Assembly: GCF_009834535.1 (NCBI RefSeq)
Contig: NC_045697.1
Location: 26,414,001-26,478,000 of the forward strand
Source: Camelus ferus
Taxonomy: Eukaryota
Direction: 5' to 3'
Length of the DNA stretch: 64,000 nucleotides
A program made the translations under genes and the position numbers. Below the pieces are notes generated by a model. The model made no database searches, was not told the origin of the DNA, and worked only from the letters and a program-made list of their open reading frames with translations. Below are positions 13,340 to 26,139 of the stretch, one piece after another. Each line of letters begins with the position of its first letter. The first letter of the stretch is position 1.

Positions 13340-14274
13340 TTAAATAATTTTTAACTTTTAATTTTGAGTTAATTTTAGACTGACAGTAGAGTATTAACAG
13401 TTTCTATATGCCCTTCCCTCAACTTCTTCTGTTAACATCGTACATGACAAATTTCAATTATCACAACTAAGATACCATTAGTACAATACTATTAGATAAG
13501 CTGCAGACTATTCAGCTTTCACCAACTTTTTATGCTAATGTCTTCTGTTCCAGGATGTATTCTAGGATCCCACATCACATTTGATTGTCAAGTCTCCTTA
13601 ATCTCCCCTAAGTTGTGATGGTTCCTCAGTTTTTTATTATTTTAGTGACCTTGAATTTGAAAAGTATAGGTCATTTATTTTGAAGAATATCCCTCAATAT
13701 GAATTTATCTGACATGTTTCTCATGATTAGACAGAGGTTATATATAATTGGGAAGAATGCCACAGGTGTAACATTTTCTTTTCAGGGCATTATACTGAAG
13801 GGCAGATGATCTCAATATCTCTATTTTTTATAACTTGACTCTTAGTCAAGGTGGAGTCTGCCAAGTTTCCCCGCTCTAAAGTTGCTGTATTTTCCTTTGA
13901 AATTAATAAAGATTTATTTTTGGACAGTTTCTTTGAGACCATTAAACTGAACTTTACCCACTAATTTTAGCTTTCATTGGTGGATCTTGCTTGCAGCAAT
14001 TATTAGTGTGGTGTTCTAATGATGATTTTCTATTTCTCGCAGTCTCCCTACAGTTAGTAATTAGAATTATTCTTCTGTAATAAAGAATTGTCACTTCTCC
14101 CCCGCTATGTATGCATATATGTATGCACGTAAGATTTTATTCAGAATGTGATGCATGCATTTAATCACACAGGCTCAAAGATAATTATTTTATTTGTATT
14201 AGTATCTATTATTCTTATTATTTGCCTAAATTATGCCATCTGTTTCAGGTGGTTCCTGGGCCTCTGTGACATGT

Positions 14275-14313
<39 letters not shown>

Positions 14314-14790
14314 TGCATCCTTGTTTTCTGGCACTACAATATGTTGCAGGTTTATATTGTATTTTTACTTCCTCAGCCCTGGAAGTAACCATTTCTCCAA
14401 GGAGCCCTGATTCCATTTATCAGATAATGGTTTCCAGAAACAAAAATCTGATTACTAGAGGTGTTCATTGCTTCTGGAATGTCACTATTTCTAGGCTTTC
14501 TCAGATAGACAAAGCTAAGAGATACACCAATGTATACAAACTCATATATATAAGAGTTTATACTGGCATCTCCTACTCCAATCCAGCAACATTCTAGTCT
14601 CCCTTCCTTTATTATTTGTAGCTTCTTTCTCTGACAGAAATCTTACTTTTATTTTCTACAATATATTTATTTATTTATTTGCTCACCCTAGTAAACATAT
14701 GAAGTAGCTTCTCAATTGTTAATCTGTGTCCCTGTGAGAACCAAATTTCTCAACTAGAGTACAGTGTTTATGTACAGTCTGTTTTTATTC
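13340..14790 (-). mobile_element. L1MC-like 3' UTR fragment (contains a T33 tract at 14278-14310)
   Basis: aattttagactgacag...tacaatactattag..ctgttccaggat..ggatcccacatcacatttgattgtc, like L1MC4/5. Confidence 0.7.
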
Positions 14791-15167
14791 TTATTGTGTC
14801 AAATCAAAACATTGTTAAAAAAACTTTTTTTTTTTAAATCTATGAATCTTTCTTCATTTTCTGGTTCAGCTTTGGGTAGAAAACCAATGTTTCATGAGTT
14901 GCTAATTAATGAGCCTATACAAAACTCACTGACTCATTTGGTCCATATTAATGTAATTTTAATAGTCTTTGTCTACAAGTATCCACCTTAGGGTAGATGT
15001 GAAGTAGCTGCTCTCCTCTTCAGTGCTCTTAAGGAATCTGAGTCATTCACAGATTAACTCAAGAAGAGTCTCCTGATCATATAATCTAAAAATACATTGT
15101 TTTTATCTAGAACAAGATTTGTCTGGCATAGGTTGTAATGAACAGATTAGCCAACTTTTCATCTACA

Positions 15168-15355
15168 ACAGTGGTTTTCAAAGTATGGACCCTGTACCAA
15201 TAGCGTCAACATCATCTGAAAACTTGTAGAAATGCAAATTCTCAGGCCTCACATCAGACCTACTACGTCAGAAACTTTGGAGATAGAGTTTATCATTCTG
15301 CATGTTCACAAATTTTCCAGGGTATTCTGATGCATGATGAAGTCTAAGAAACTTT
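15168..15355. mobile_element. MER5A-like hAT-Charlie DNA transposon
   Basis: cagtggttttcaaagtatgg..agaaatgcaaattctcaggcc..cagacctact..tcagaaact..attctgatgca. Confidence 0.85.
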
Positions 15356-15564
15356 ATCCAACTAACCCAATCTCTTCAGGATATTTTGGTCTAGTGAGGA
15401 CTTGGGTCTAGTTTAGAACTAGAGTCAATTTCTGATCCCTATGGCTCATTACCATCTTGACAATGAAGATTTAAAACTACTAATCTCTTTGGAAAATAGC
15501 AATTCAAAGGTTTTCAAAACTTTAGAATCTCTCAGTGGTAGGAGTAGTGTAGATTCCTGCTTCT

Positions 15565-15690
15565 TGGACTTTAAGATGCATTTGTACCACCTGTGGGTCT
15601 TGTTAATAGGCTGATTCTGTTTCAGTAGGTTTGGGATGAGGCCTGAGGTTCTACTAGCTGACAATCCCCCACGTGATGCTGCTGGTCCCT
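15565..15690. mobile_element. MER5A-like fragment, inverted relative to 15168
   Basis: gattctgtttcagtaggtttgggatgaggcctgag..gtgatgctgctggtcc. Confidence 0.65.
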
Positions 15691-16371
15691 TTGTATCTGC
15701 CCTCTGGTTTTAATATCGCAGCAATATCCTCAGAAATCAGACAGTTGTGATCCTGTCCTTGATACCTCCACCTATTTCATCTTTTAACAGCTCTGAACAT
15801 TATATAATGTTCTTGTCATGCCACATCTCACATCCAGATTTCTCTAAAAATACTGGTTCTTCATTTATCTCTGGACTTTAAAGTCAAGAGTCAGGTGAAA
15901 TACTATAGAAGACTGAAAATACATCAAAAATATATGAAAGCTCTTAAAGTTATTCTGAATTATTGAAGCTGATCAGTGGGGTGAGATTTTTAATGTAAAA
16001 ATTTTAGAAAGTATTTCCTTTCTTGGGAATTATATATTGGAAGATGGCAGGCACAGTAGGCCATGAACACTATGAGGACAAAGATTCACAGTGTTAACTC
16101 ATCCCAAACCAAGCGTTACTCAGAAATAGAAACACTGTCACAAATGCATCAAAATTCAAACTGGGCATTGTCATTTGGAAGTTACATGGTTATATTGGTA
16201 AAATGTGGCTTGATATTCAAGACTAAATTCTGCTTAAACTTATTCAACAATATCTTCCTGATAATCTACATTCCACCCAGTATTGATCATTCACTCCTTT
16301 GTGTAACATTGTACATTGCTCATAGCTATTCTCAGTACTCATCTCCGGATGCAGAGCTGTCAGCTCCTAAG

Positions 16372-16530
16372 AACTTGCTGCTCCAATTATGGCCACAGAC
16401 CAGCAGGAGCTGGAAGCCTGTCAGAAATGCAGAATCTCATGTCCCACCCTACACCAACTGAGTTAAAATTTGAATTTTAATAAAATTCCTCAGGTGATTA
16501 AAATGAGCAATAGAATATGAAAAGCACTTC
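16372..16530. mobile_element. MER5-like DNA transposon
   Basis: cagaccagcag..gtcagaaatgcagaatctc..ttttaataaaattcctcaggtgatt. Confidence 0.7.
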
Positions 16531-17009
16531 TTAAAGAGAAAGGGAAAGTGACTTACTCATTTTAATATCCTCACCTCAGAGTCTGGTGTAGCTTAAGCCC
16601 GTTAGAACCATTCTTGAATGATATGAAATGAATTCACCAATATCACTTATACTTCTATAAATGATTAAATATGTTTAAAGTAAATAGTAAGTTCTAAGAT
16701 AGGAACCAGGGAGTCAAAATAAGAGTGATAATGGGGCAGCACAAGCAATTTAAATACAATTTTCCAAAAATGCTGTGAAATGCAAATAAAACAATATAAC
16801 TATAGTTTAGGGATCACAAATTTTCAAACTCTGCTCTGTGTTTGACCCTATCATAGGAGATAGGTAAGCTCTTACATTTTATGATTGATCTATGTACTAC
16901 AGAACAGCCCATCAGTCCAATGATATTTGCAACAGTCTGGCATGTTCTTTCACCAGAATGAAATGAGATCATCATAATTTTTTAAATAATAATTATAGTC
17001 ATAATGTTT

Positions 17010-17205
17010 ACAGAAATGCACTGGGAACTTACTATGTTTTACAGGCATTCTTTCATTTAACTCCTTCAATTGTATTATGAGGTAGGCTCCATTATCCTTA
17101 TTTACAGATAAAGAAACAAATTTATAGAAGTTAAGTGACTTATTTAAGAGCTGCTAGCTGAACTCAGCTTTGACTGATTTCACAGACTCAATTCCTGACT
17201 ACTGG
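17010..17205 (-). mobile_element. MIR SINE
   Basis: Antisense MIR core: tttacagataaagaaac..gaagttaagtgactt. Confidence 0.7.
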
Positions 17206-17224
17206 CAACATGCAAATGTTAGCT

Positions 17225-17400
17225 GAGAACCCAGAAGAAAGATCATGAACTCTGACATTCAAGAAGCCTCCTTTTCAACCGTAACACATACGTACCGGCA
17301 GTGTGGGCTTGGGCAAATTATTTAAACTATCTATCTCAATTTCTTCACCTAAGGCTAATAATACATACCAACCTGTAGAGCATTGCAAAAATTAGTCACT
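17225..17400 (+). mobile_element. MIR SINE
   Basis: gtgtgggcttgggcaaattatttaaactatctatctcaatttcttc. Confidence 0.6.
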
Positions 17401-18319
17401 TAACTTGTGATAGAAGCCAAATTAGGGAGGACTATTCTTATTATTTCTTCTTATTAATATCATATTAAATAGCTATACCTTAAAATCAAAGCTAAGGCCC
17501 TAGAGTTAAAGTATATGAGAAATCTAATGTGATGAGAGATGCAAAATCCAGCCAGATGGAATACTTTCATGGGAAGCCCTTAGTAATTGTCCATTTTTAC
17601 CTGTAGTAATATAAGAAAGCAAAAGCAACGTACTAATAAGCAGATTCAACTGCTCCTTATAACCCGAATGCACTTCAGCAAACAACATATTCTTGCAACT
17701 CAATTCCTTCTCATTTTAACCCCTAATTGTAATGATTCACAATGCCATACTTCACAGAAGGATGCATTTAATAAAAAGTAATAGAATACATATTTGCTAT
17801 GAATCAGTACTTATTAAAAAAATAACTGACTTATTGATGAATTAATATACTTCCCTTTTCGTTCTAAAGTATAAGTCTGGAAAATCTAGGGCTATTCCCT
17901 GTTGAATTAAACAGAGCACTATACAACTGGTGACTCTTTTGAATGTTGACTTTTTAAATATATTATACATTAAAAACTTCTGAAGTCAAAGGACGTATTA
18001 TGTGGACTCAGTAAGTGTGCAAAATTGTTTGGTGGTTTGTTTAGCTGCCCTTTAGACCCGCTCCTCAGTTATTTATAATATATTAAAAGAAAAAAAGAAC
18101 AGAAATTAGACTACATGGTAAAATTAACTGCCAGCCAAGCTAGCAAGCTCAGTTGAATAGTGGTATTTTGTTCTAGGATATGTACACACACAAAAAATGT
18201 ACCAGATTTTAAATGGGAAGTGGAAGCAGAAGAATAGGAAAAGTAGGTGATACAAAATGATACAGCAAAGAAAAAGAAAACAAAATTAATGTGATCTTTT
18301 TCTTTCCTCACTGGAAAAT

Positions 18320-18730
18320 ATAGAGTGGTTTTTAATAGGGTTAACTCTGGGGCGAGACTGCCTGAGCACAGTGCCTGATTCCTTCACTTTCTAGCTTATG
18401 ACCTATGATTAAAAAATGTCAGATTCATCATCTCTATCATCTGTAAATGAGGCGTATAGATACCTACCTACCTCAATAGGGTTTAGCTGTTCGAATGATA
18501 CATCTTCCAAGAAGCCTTTCTGATTCCCTTGATGAATATAGCACTTAGGTATTCCTTTCTGCCCTGCCTTAGTTTTCTTCATTCCCTGACACTTACTACT
18601 ACCTGATACTACGTTAAGTAAGTAATGTCTGTTTCTTTATTCTTTCTCTCCCTCAAATGCAAGTCAAATGCATACCATATCTACAGTACCTATCAAATGG
18701 CCTGGCACATAACGAACACTAAATAACTGG
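18320..18730 (+). mobile_element. MIR (to about 18485) followed by an L2 3' fragment
   Basis: catctgtaaatg..tacctacctcaatagggtt; then ccaagaagcctttctgat..gcctggcacataacgaacactaaata. Confidence 0.6.
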
Positions 18731-19149
18731 TGTTCCCCTTGTTGTTATTAAAGACAAATGGATTTATTTATAAAATATATGTTTATATTCAACAAATCAC
18801 AGAATACTTGTTCATTCATTGAAAAATGTCATTCAGCTTAAAAACTGAACTCATCATTTGAATTGATGAGGAATGAAAACAAAGTTAACAATGTTTAGCC
18901 AACTGAATTTTATTACAAACTGATTTTCCTCCCTTACCTACGTAGTATTTTCATTTTAGCCATAAACATATCTAAGGGGCATAAACTGAATTTGTTCAAA
19001 CAAAATACCAAAGACAGCTTCCCTGAGCCTCTTAGTTGAGGTTCATTTGGTTACAAGCAACAACAAAAACTATGATGATTTACTTAAGAATAAAGATAAA
19101 AGAATGTAGGCTGTTCATTGGAAGGAACTGGAATATCTCCCAGAATCCT

Positions 19150-19400
19150 AATAATAGCTACCACTTGTAGGGCATCCACTATGTTCCAGGCACCATTCTA
19201 AGCTCTTTACATAATTACCTTATTTCATTCTCCCAAGGGCTCTGTAAGATACTTACAGCAATTATACACCTTTTATAGATCAATAAACGGTTGTACTGAG
19301 AAGTTACATAATCATCCCAAAGTCACAAGTTAGTGAGTGACAGATCTGGAATTCAAGCCCTTGGCCCTGTTCTCTTATCCACTCTGCCATACTGCATCCC
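19150..19400 (-). mobile_element. MIR SINE inserted in a degraded MLT1 LTR (about 19020-19700)
   Basis: actatgttccaggcaccattctaagctctttacat..ttttatagat..ggaattcaagccc. Confidence 0.75.
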
Positions 19401-20079
19401 AGATGCTCATGAAAAGTGTATGTCCAGGCTTCAGGAAGGGCATGTACTTAAGTGGCTCCAGGGATCCCATGTTATTTCTAGGATCCTGACATCAAAATGA
19501 CTCACTCTGATGACTATTAGTTTCAAATTCCCGGGAAAAGTAAATAATTGGCTTAGATATCTGCCCTGCATTAGTAAGTGATGGCCAATGGTTCAAAGAC
19601 ATGAAACATAGACATGGCATTTCACGGTCAACTCTTGTGGTATGTAGCCTTCCCAAGAGAAAAGATAATTATTGTAAAACAAAGAGAATTCCACTCCAAG
19701 AATTATTTAATATATAAGGTGTGAAATACTAAAGATGTGGTCTATAGGTTTAGACATATAGAAACATTAATAAACAGAGGAGAGAAATAAATTCTGTTTG
19801 ATTTGTGTGAAAAACCTTGACTGGTATATATTATACCCATTTTATAGATAAAACTGAGGGCAGATAGATTAATTTACACTCAAAGCTAAAGAGCTAGTAA
19901 GTCAGGCTTTTACATACATCCATTAGCTCCAAAGTCCATGCTATCTCGACTGCACTATAATCCCTCCGTTTTGGCTGGCTAAAATTTGGCTCACAAGAAA
20001 TAGAAAAACAGTGTAAAGAGGGAGCATTTATAAGAAAATTTCAATAATCCTCTTTTTTGTCCATAATGACAATACACAG

Positions 20080-20220
20080 GAGGTATATGATAATTTTGAG
20101 GGCTTTCCTCTCATTTGTCTAAAAATCCCCAAAATGCTTCAAACAGAAAATTGTGTAATTTTCAAGCTCTACCAACTCTATAGCGAGCTAAAAAAGAAGT
20201 TAAGAACTGAATCAAGGAAG
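20080..20220 (+). other. Candidate coding exon, 141 nt, phase 0-0, fully open
   Basis: acacag|GAG...AAG|gtatta; EVYDNFEGFPLICLKIPKMLQTENCVIFKLYQLYSELKKKLRTESRK. Unrecognised. Confidence 0.3.
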
Positions 20221-20474
20221 GTATTATGAAAAGGCATCGAAACAAATGGTTAATGAGAAAAGCTCAGGAGACCATGCAATACATATTATTCATTAAAATT
20301 GTACTTCTACTTGAGATATTGAAATGATAGACCATCACTGCTGAACTTGGCTGTATCAAAAACTTATTGATTCCTAATTTGAAATAGAAGCATAATCTGT
20401 TTTTTAAGAAAACTTGTTTTAATGAGAGATACTGGGGGGGGGGCACAGAGTTAATCACTTTCCTCTTTCTCCAG

Positions 20475-20576
20475 GTATTAAAGCAATTAAAGTTGACATT
20501 AGAAAAAGATAAGCTTCAAACTACCAGCCGTATTGCCAGTGAAACTGAATTACATAGCAGATTCAGCCTGAAGTGA
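20475..20576 (+). other. Candidate following or terminal exon, in frame with 20080-20220
   Basis: Strong acceptor tttcctctttctccag|; VLKQLKLTLEKDKLQTTSRIASETELHSRFSLK* (TGA at 20574-20576). Confidence 0.3.
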
Positions 20577-20674
20577 AAAATGGCCTCTCTACTCCTACCA
20601 CTTTACTTGAAATTACTCATCCAGTTTTGAGCAGTTGCTGGACATGGGCATGCCCCCAACATCCTTCATCCCTT

Positions 20675-20676
<2 letters not shown>

Positions 20677-20715
<39 letters not shown>
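20677..20715. repeat. (CA)n microsatellite
   Basis: About 19 uninterrupted CA units. Confidence 0.98.
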
Positions 20716-20719
<4 letters not shown>

Positions 20720-20946
20720 AGTCTATCCATGGGGCTAACAAGGAAGAACGAATCAGAAGGGCCCTATGCCACCAGCTAACAATGACACTTCCCACTTCTC
20801 ATTGATAATATCAGAGAGAGCTTCTTCCCCCAGGAGACACACATTAAGGAGGGAGAAAGATGGTTGGAAAAATTCTTGTCACTGGTCTTAGGTAAAGAGG
20901 AGTGACTATTTTATGTAACATAAAGAGATAATTCAGTAATTTTCCT

Positions 20947-21005
20947 ATCTATTTATCCATCCATCCATCCATCCATCCATCTATGAATCTATGTATCTAT
21001 GAATC
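20947..21005. repeat. (CCAT)n / ATCT compound microsatellite
   Basis: atccatccatccatcc...atctatgaatctatgtatctat. Confidence 0.9.
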
Positions 21006-22044
21006 TCACTCTCTCTTTCTGTTTCTATCATACAAACTCCATGCCTAAAATAGTGAATGGATGTTTTTATGTATCAAATCTATTCTTCAGATGTAAAATC
21101 ATTATGACCAAATACTATAAATACTAACTAGAAATGTGTGTGTAGAGAGAAATATAATAAGTGAACATTTAGGCCTGGATTTTAGGGACTTCAAGCCTCC
21201 ATTTACTGAGTATTAAATTTATGCTGTAGTCATTCAGAGCAGGTGTAAATTATTTCAGGTACTATGTCTTTCAAATGTTTAGTATTTTGAAGATTTCATT
21301 TAGAAGTGAAAATAGTCTACCCTGGGAAGAAGGAAGCACATGACAAAGTAATTATTATGTAATTAACCCCTCTAGGGTCCCTGACTCATTTCAAAGGAAC
21401 ATTTTTAATATCACAGTAAAGAATAAGCACAGCTTCACAAATTTAAAAATACGTGAAGTACCAATTAGATGGGATAGATGCTCTGCCACTAAGCAGTACA
21501 TTTGTTTGTGGAACAGACGGGATGCTCTTAGCATTTGAAGCTTCATTTTAAAGACCAAGGCTGAGAGTCTCCTTAACTCATAAATAACACCTCACAATTA
21601 TCCTTAAACTGGGCATGTATGAATGAAGGGGAAAATGCTTAAAGAGGAATGCTTAGACTTATCTTGTTGCTATTGCTGCTTAGGATATATTAAATTCTCC
21701 TTCTGTGCCGATTCTCTTTTTTCTTTCCCTCTCAACACTTCCTCCAGTTAGTAATTTAAGAGCCAAGTTGTTTGTTGAATCATATAACATTAAAGATTTT
21801 TTTTTTCAGACACCCAGAAATCTTTTATAAGATTGCAGGGGAAAATCCTTGTTTTTCTTGCTCCTCAGTGCATAAAACAGCAGAAAGATTAGATTCATTT
21901 ATTATTTCATTGTAAATGTTCATTAAACATTCCTCTATGTGACAATACAGCTGGATTCCAGGCTCTTTCTGAGAAGTATGGTCAGGAATTCACTACCCTA
22001 TAGCATCACAATCTGGGCAGAGAAAACTAATATTTTGTGCAGAC

Positions 22045-22170
22045 CTGAATAAATCCTGGAGATCTTCTGTACAACATTGTGCCTACAGTTTAAAATACCA
22101 TATCACACACTTAAAAATTGGTCAAGAGTTCTCATGTTAAGTGTTCTTATTGAGTAAAAAAATAAAAAAG
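22045..22170 (+). mobile_element. Short L1 3' terminus
   Basis: tgaataaatcctggagatcttctgtacaacattgtgcc..catgttaagtgttctt followed by an A-rich tail. Confidence 0.75.
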
Positions 22171-22983
22171 ATACGCTGTTCACCAGCTGCTCTAGGATGG
22201 TGCTTCTCAGTCAAGGATGAGTTTCATATTTACTGGGAAACTTCTGTGAAAGTACAAATCACACACCCCTAGGCTCAATATCTGGGACTCCTCTGTGTAA
22301 GTCTGAGGTTGGGGAAAAGTTATGTTTAATTTGGAAAAATCTACCCAGTGTGGCTATCATGCTTACCTCTTGTTGGGAACTATTTTCTCTAGAAGGCAGG
22401 AAATTTACTCCGGAGAGAAGCACATCACACTATACTTACTGCAGCTGACTTTCTTCCATTTACTCCCTGACCACAGATGATGCCATTGGACTGCCTTTGT
22501 CAGGGTTTCACTTTGTTTGGGTAAATTCTTTGCTGTCCCTTGCTTCTTTGCTTAACATCAGGGTTCTGTCTTCTGTTCTCCACTTAGAGACACTTTTCAA
22601 CATCATTTTGAGAGTACATGTTGCTCTTTCCTGCTGAGCATTCTAAAAGGAGTGCATTTTTTAACAAACAGATCTTTCAAAGAGTATTTTTCAAAGCTTT
22701 AGGATTGGCATGCTCTTAGCTGCCTCCATCTGCTGCTATTCCCTGGATAGAACGACCTCTGTCACTTCATAGTGAGCTCCATATACCCAGAGGGTATTTT
22801 CTCTTCACCCTTTTCCCTGCGATTACAAAATAAAACCCATGACTCCTTCCTTAAGTGTTTGTCAAAGGAGTGCCATTTTGAGTCAAATCCTTCATTTTGC
22901 CAGACCTTCTCTGACGGCAGCATGGCTAGCCTCTCTGCCCTTATCAGTAAATGCCACTATTCCATGTAAAATCCAAAATATCT

Positions 22984-23215
22984 GGGGGGGAGGGTATAGC
23001 TTAACTGGTAGAGTGCATGCCTAGCATGCAGGAGGCCCTGGGTTCAATCTCCAGCACTTCCATTAAAAAAATAATTACATCTATCAAAATTCATCAAATT
23101 GTACATCTGAAATATGTGTAGTTTACTGTACAGAAATTATACCACAGTAAAGTTGTTTAAAAATAATAATTAAATAAACTTAATTATCTTTAACACCCCT
23201 CAAAAAAAAAAAAAA
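22984..23215 (+). mobile_element. tRNA-derived SINE (camelid vic-1 type) with an internal insertion
   Basis: gggagggtatagcttaactggtagagtgcatgcctagcatgcaggaggccctgggttcaatctccagcac (A and B boxes); aataaacttaatta...poly-A tail; approximate TSD aatatct / atatct. Confidence 0.9.
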
Positions 23216-24109
23216 CTAAACTAACAATATATCTCCACCTGTTTTTCTAAAGTCAGTTAGCAGAGCAGCATCACTCAAATTCTGAACCACTGTTTGTGAA
23301 TCTAAGGGACCTGGGGACTTGGGCATCCCTTAAGATTCTCTTCACATTTCCCTAAAGGGCAGAGACACCCATTGGAATTGGATTCCAGAAAAGTTCTGGG
23401 CACTATTAACCATTTTTCTTAAGTGAAGTCTCTAAGAACATATGTATAAGATATATGCAAGTATAAATACCTGTCAATGTGCTTTCTCTTCTAACAATAA
23501 GAACTTTCTAAAGGGATTTTGTTTTAGGTACAAATCTCTATCTTACAATAATAAAAATATGTAGGTTAAACAAAATATTTTTTAAACTGGAAAAGTTATA
23601 AAGCATAGAAATTAGAAGGGAATAAAACACCAATGCTAAAAAAAACCCTACTTTTAAAATCCCTTTTAAAAAATAAGGAAAAAACATTTAAGAAAATGTA
23701 CACTTGTGGTCTTAGTATATATATTACATTCACCATGCTGTCAAAGTTTTGCCCAGGTGGTCATCACAGCTCCACTTCAAGCAATTCTCTAATTTCTGTG
23801 TTGTAACTTCAATGTGAAACTCTTGAAAGAGAATGTAATTAAGTGACTAATGCAGACCTCTGAGTGGGCTGTGTCCCAGACAGCAATTCAGAATGGGTAA
23901 CTATTTCTCTATCCCAAGAGGGTGAGACAACGGCATGCTGAGATCACATCCTTTCCATAAGAGAAAGACCATCTTGGATTGTTAAGTCTTCCTAGTATTA
24001 TCTTTGAAATGCCAGAAAAAGAACTTGAATGAAAATTAGGGCAGTCTTTATTTCTGGTTCTCAAACCTTGGGTAAGTCATTGAACTTCTCTACAGTTGCT
24101 CTAATTTAG

Positions 24110-24390
24110 TGTTTCTTATATTTCTGATTCCCAGGGGATGTTGATATTGCTTACCTCAGGACCACATATCAAATAGCAGTGTTCCAGTACTTTAAAATTC
24201 AAGTTTTTAAGACCTTACAACTCATCTCAAAAAGTGTGGTCCCCTGGCAGTCTGTTAGAAAGATACTTTTTGGGAGATTGTTGAAACGCAGAGTCATAGA
24301 TCTGCCTCAGACCTACTAAATTAGCATCTACCTTTTTACCAAGATCCCCAAGTGATTCATATGCACACTGAAACTGAAGAACTGGTCTAA
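24110..24390. mobile_element. MER5-like fragments
   Basis: cccaggggatgttgatattgc..ggaccacat; cagacctactaaattagcatct..aagatccccaagtgattcatatgcacactgaaa. Confidence 0.7.
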
Positions 24391-25249
24391 GCTTTCTTGA
24401 AATTTCTATGATTTGAATTTTGATAATCAGCTATTAAGCCTGCTCAGTAACAGCATATATTTTATCAATATAGCACAAAAGCCATAATTAGCTTTTGTAT
24501 TTTAAAGTCCTTAATGTCAAAATTAACTTGTATTAAAATATCATAAAATCTTTCGATCTTTTTATTTTTCTTTTCCTTACCGTTACTTCCTGATCTGATA
24601 TTTGAACATAATTTAATTGTATCTTGAGGTTCTTAAAAACTGTTTCTTTCACAACTTGGCTTTTGGCACACACAAAGTTCTGCTTAAATGACTCATTCAT
24701 TCACGTCGTTCCTGCTGTGCCTTAGAGTGCATTTATATTTTATGTTGGCGCTTTTATCCTTTCTCTGTCTACTTCCTGCTGGGGTGTTTAGGGAGATTAG
24801 TTCATAAAATTAGTGTCTGTAAGATATTACCAAGAAACCCTCCCATAGCAAATATTTCATAACATTTAAGCAACAAAGAATTCTCTTTCTTCTGCCTTCT
24901 ACCTCCTACCATAAGTAAGAACATGATTTTCCAAATTCCTCTAAAAATAGGTGCGTCTAGTATTGTGTAAAATCTCATATTTCTTGTTTTATCTGACAAG
25001 TTATCACTCTTAGCTGAGTTCCTAGAGTACTTATTGTAATTTTGGCATTGAATATCCGTAGAATTGAACTGTCGCAAAATAGATGTAATATATAGTAGTT
25101 CAACAGATCCACAGCCAAAGCTCCTGTCCTTTCTCCTGCAGTCTCGCTTTCATGCTTCATTTTAAAATGTCTCCTGCAGAGCTGCACCAGGATGAGTGAA
25201 GAATTTGAGGATTCCTCACTCACTTCCTCCTCATCCCACCCTGATCTCC

Positions 25250-25810
25250 TGTGTTAGTTATTTGATGCTGTGTCATGAATTACCCTGAATCTCAATGGTT
25301 TAAAACAACCAGTTCTTAATGCAGCTTCTGTGGATCAAGAATCCAGGTGCAGCTTAGCTGGGCCCTCCATCTTAAGGTCCTTATTGAGCTGGAATCAAGA
25401 TGTCCACCAGGAGCTGTGATTATCTCACAGCTTGGCTAGGAGACATGGGCTCCCAGGCTCACTCATGTGGTTGTTGATTCAGTTCCTCACAGGTTGATGG
25501 GGTTGATGAACTGAGGGCTTCAGTTCCTTACTGACTGTCAGGAGGAGGCCTCCCTCAGTTCTTTGCTTCTCCATACAGAAGTTTATAACATCCTCAAAGC
25601 AAGCAAGCAAGCAGAAACAGAGAGAAAGAGAGAGAGCAAATAAGACAGAAATCATAGTCTTGTGTAAGATAATATTGACAGTGACATCTTATCACTTTTG
25701 TCATGTTCTATTTATCAGAAGCACGATGACAGGAGGTCCAGCACCCACACAGGGGGGAGGATTGCATAAAAATGTGATTAACAGGGATCACTGGGATCAT
25801 TCATTCATCT
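25250..25810 (-). mobile_element. MaLR LTR (MLT1F/E-like)
   Basis: Starts tgtgttagttatttgatgctg; contains gcagcttagctggg and ctcactcatgtggttgttg. Confidence 0.8.
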
Positions 25811-26139
25811 CACAATTCTCACCAACTCTCTCTTACGCTCCTTAGAAAGCCATCCCTTGTTCTTTTTCTTCTTATACTTCACAGCCTCCTCCTCTCCTGC
25901 CTCCCTCCCCTCTTCCTCCCCTTCCCCCTTTTCCTTCTTCTTCTGAACCAACATATATCATCATGCTTTGCAAAATGGGGACACTAAGCTTATTGGTAAA
26001 TGGATCAGAATTTCATTATTGTATTATTTATTTGAAAGATGTTTAAGTTCTCTAATATGTTCAAAGAAATAGAAAAGCAGCCCCTCTCACCTGGGAGCTG
26101 GTCTGGCATTACCAGAGAGGCCTTGGTGTTGCTATGAGA

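Noticed and set aside
22984..23062. tRNA gene
   Set aside because: It has A and B boxes but also a SINE tail, poly-A, a TSD and a diverged second copy at 57078, so it is a SINE rather than a tRNA.
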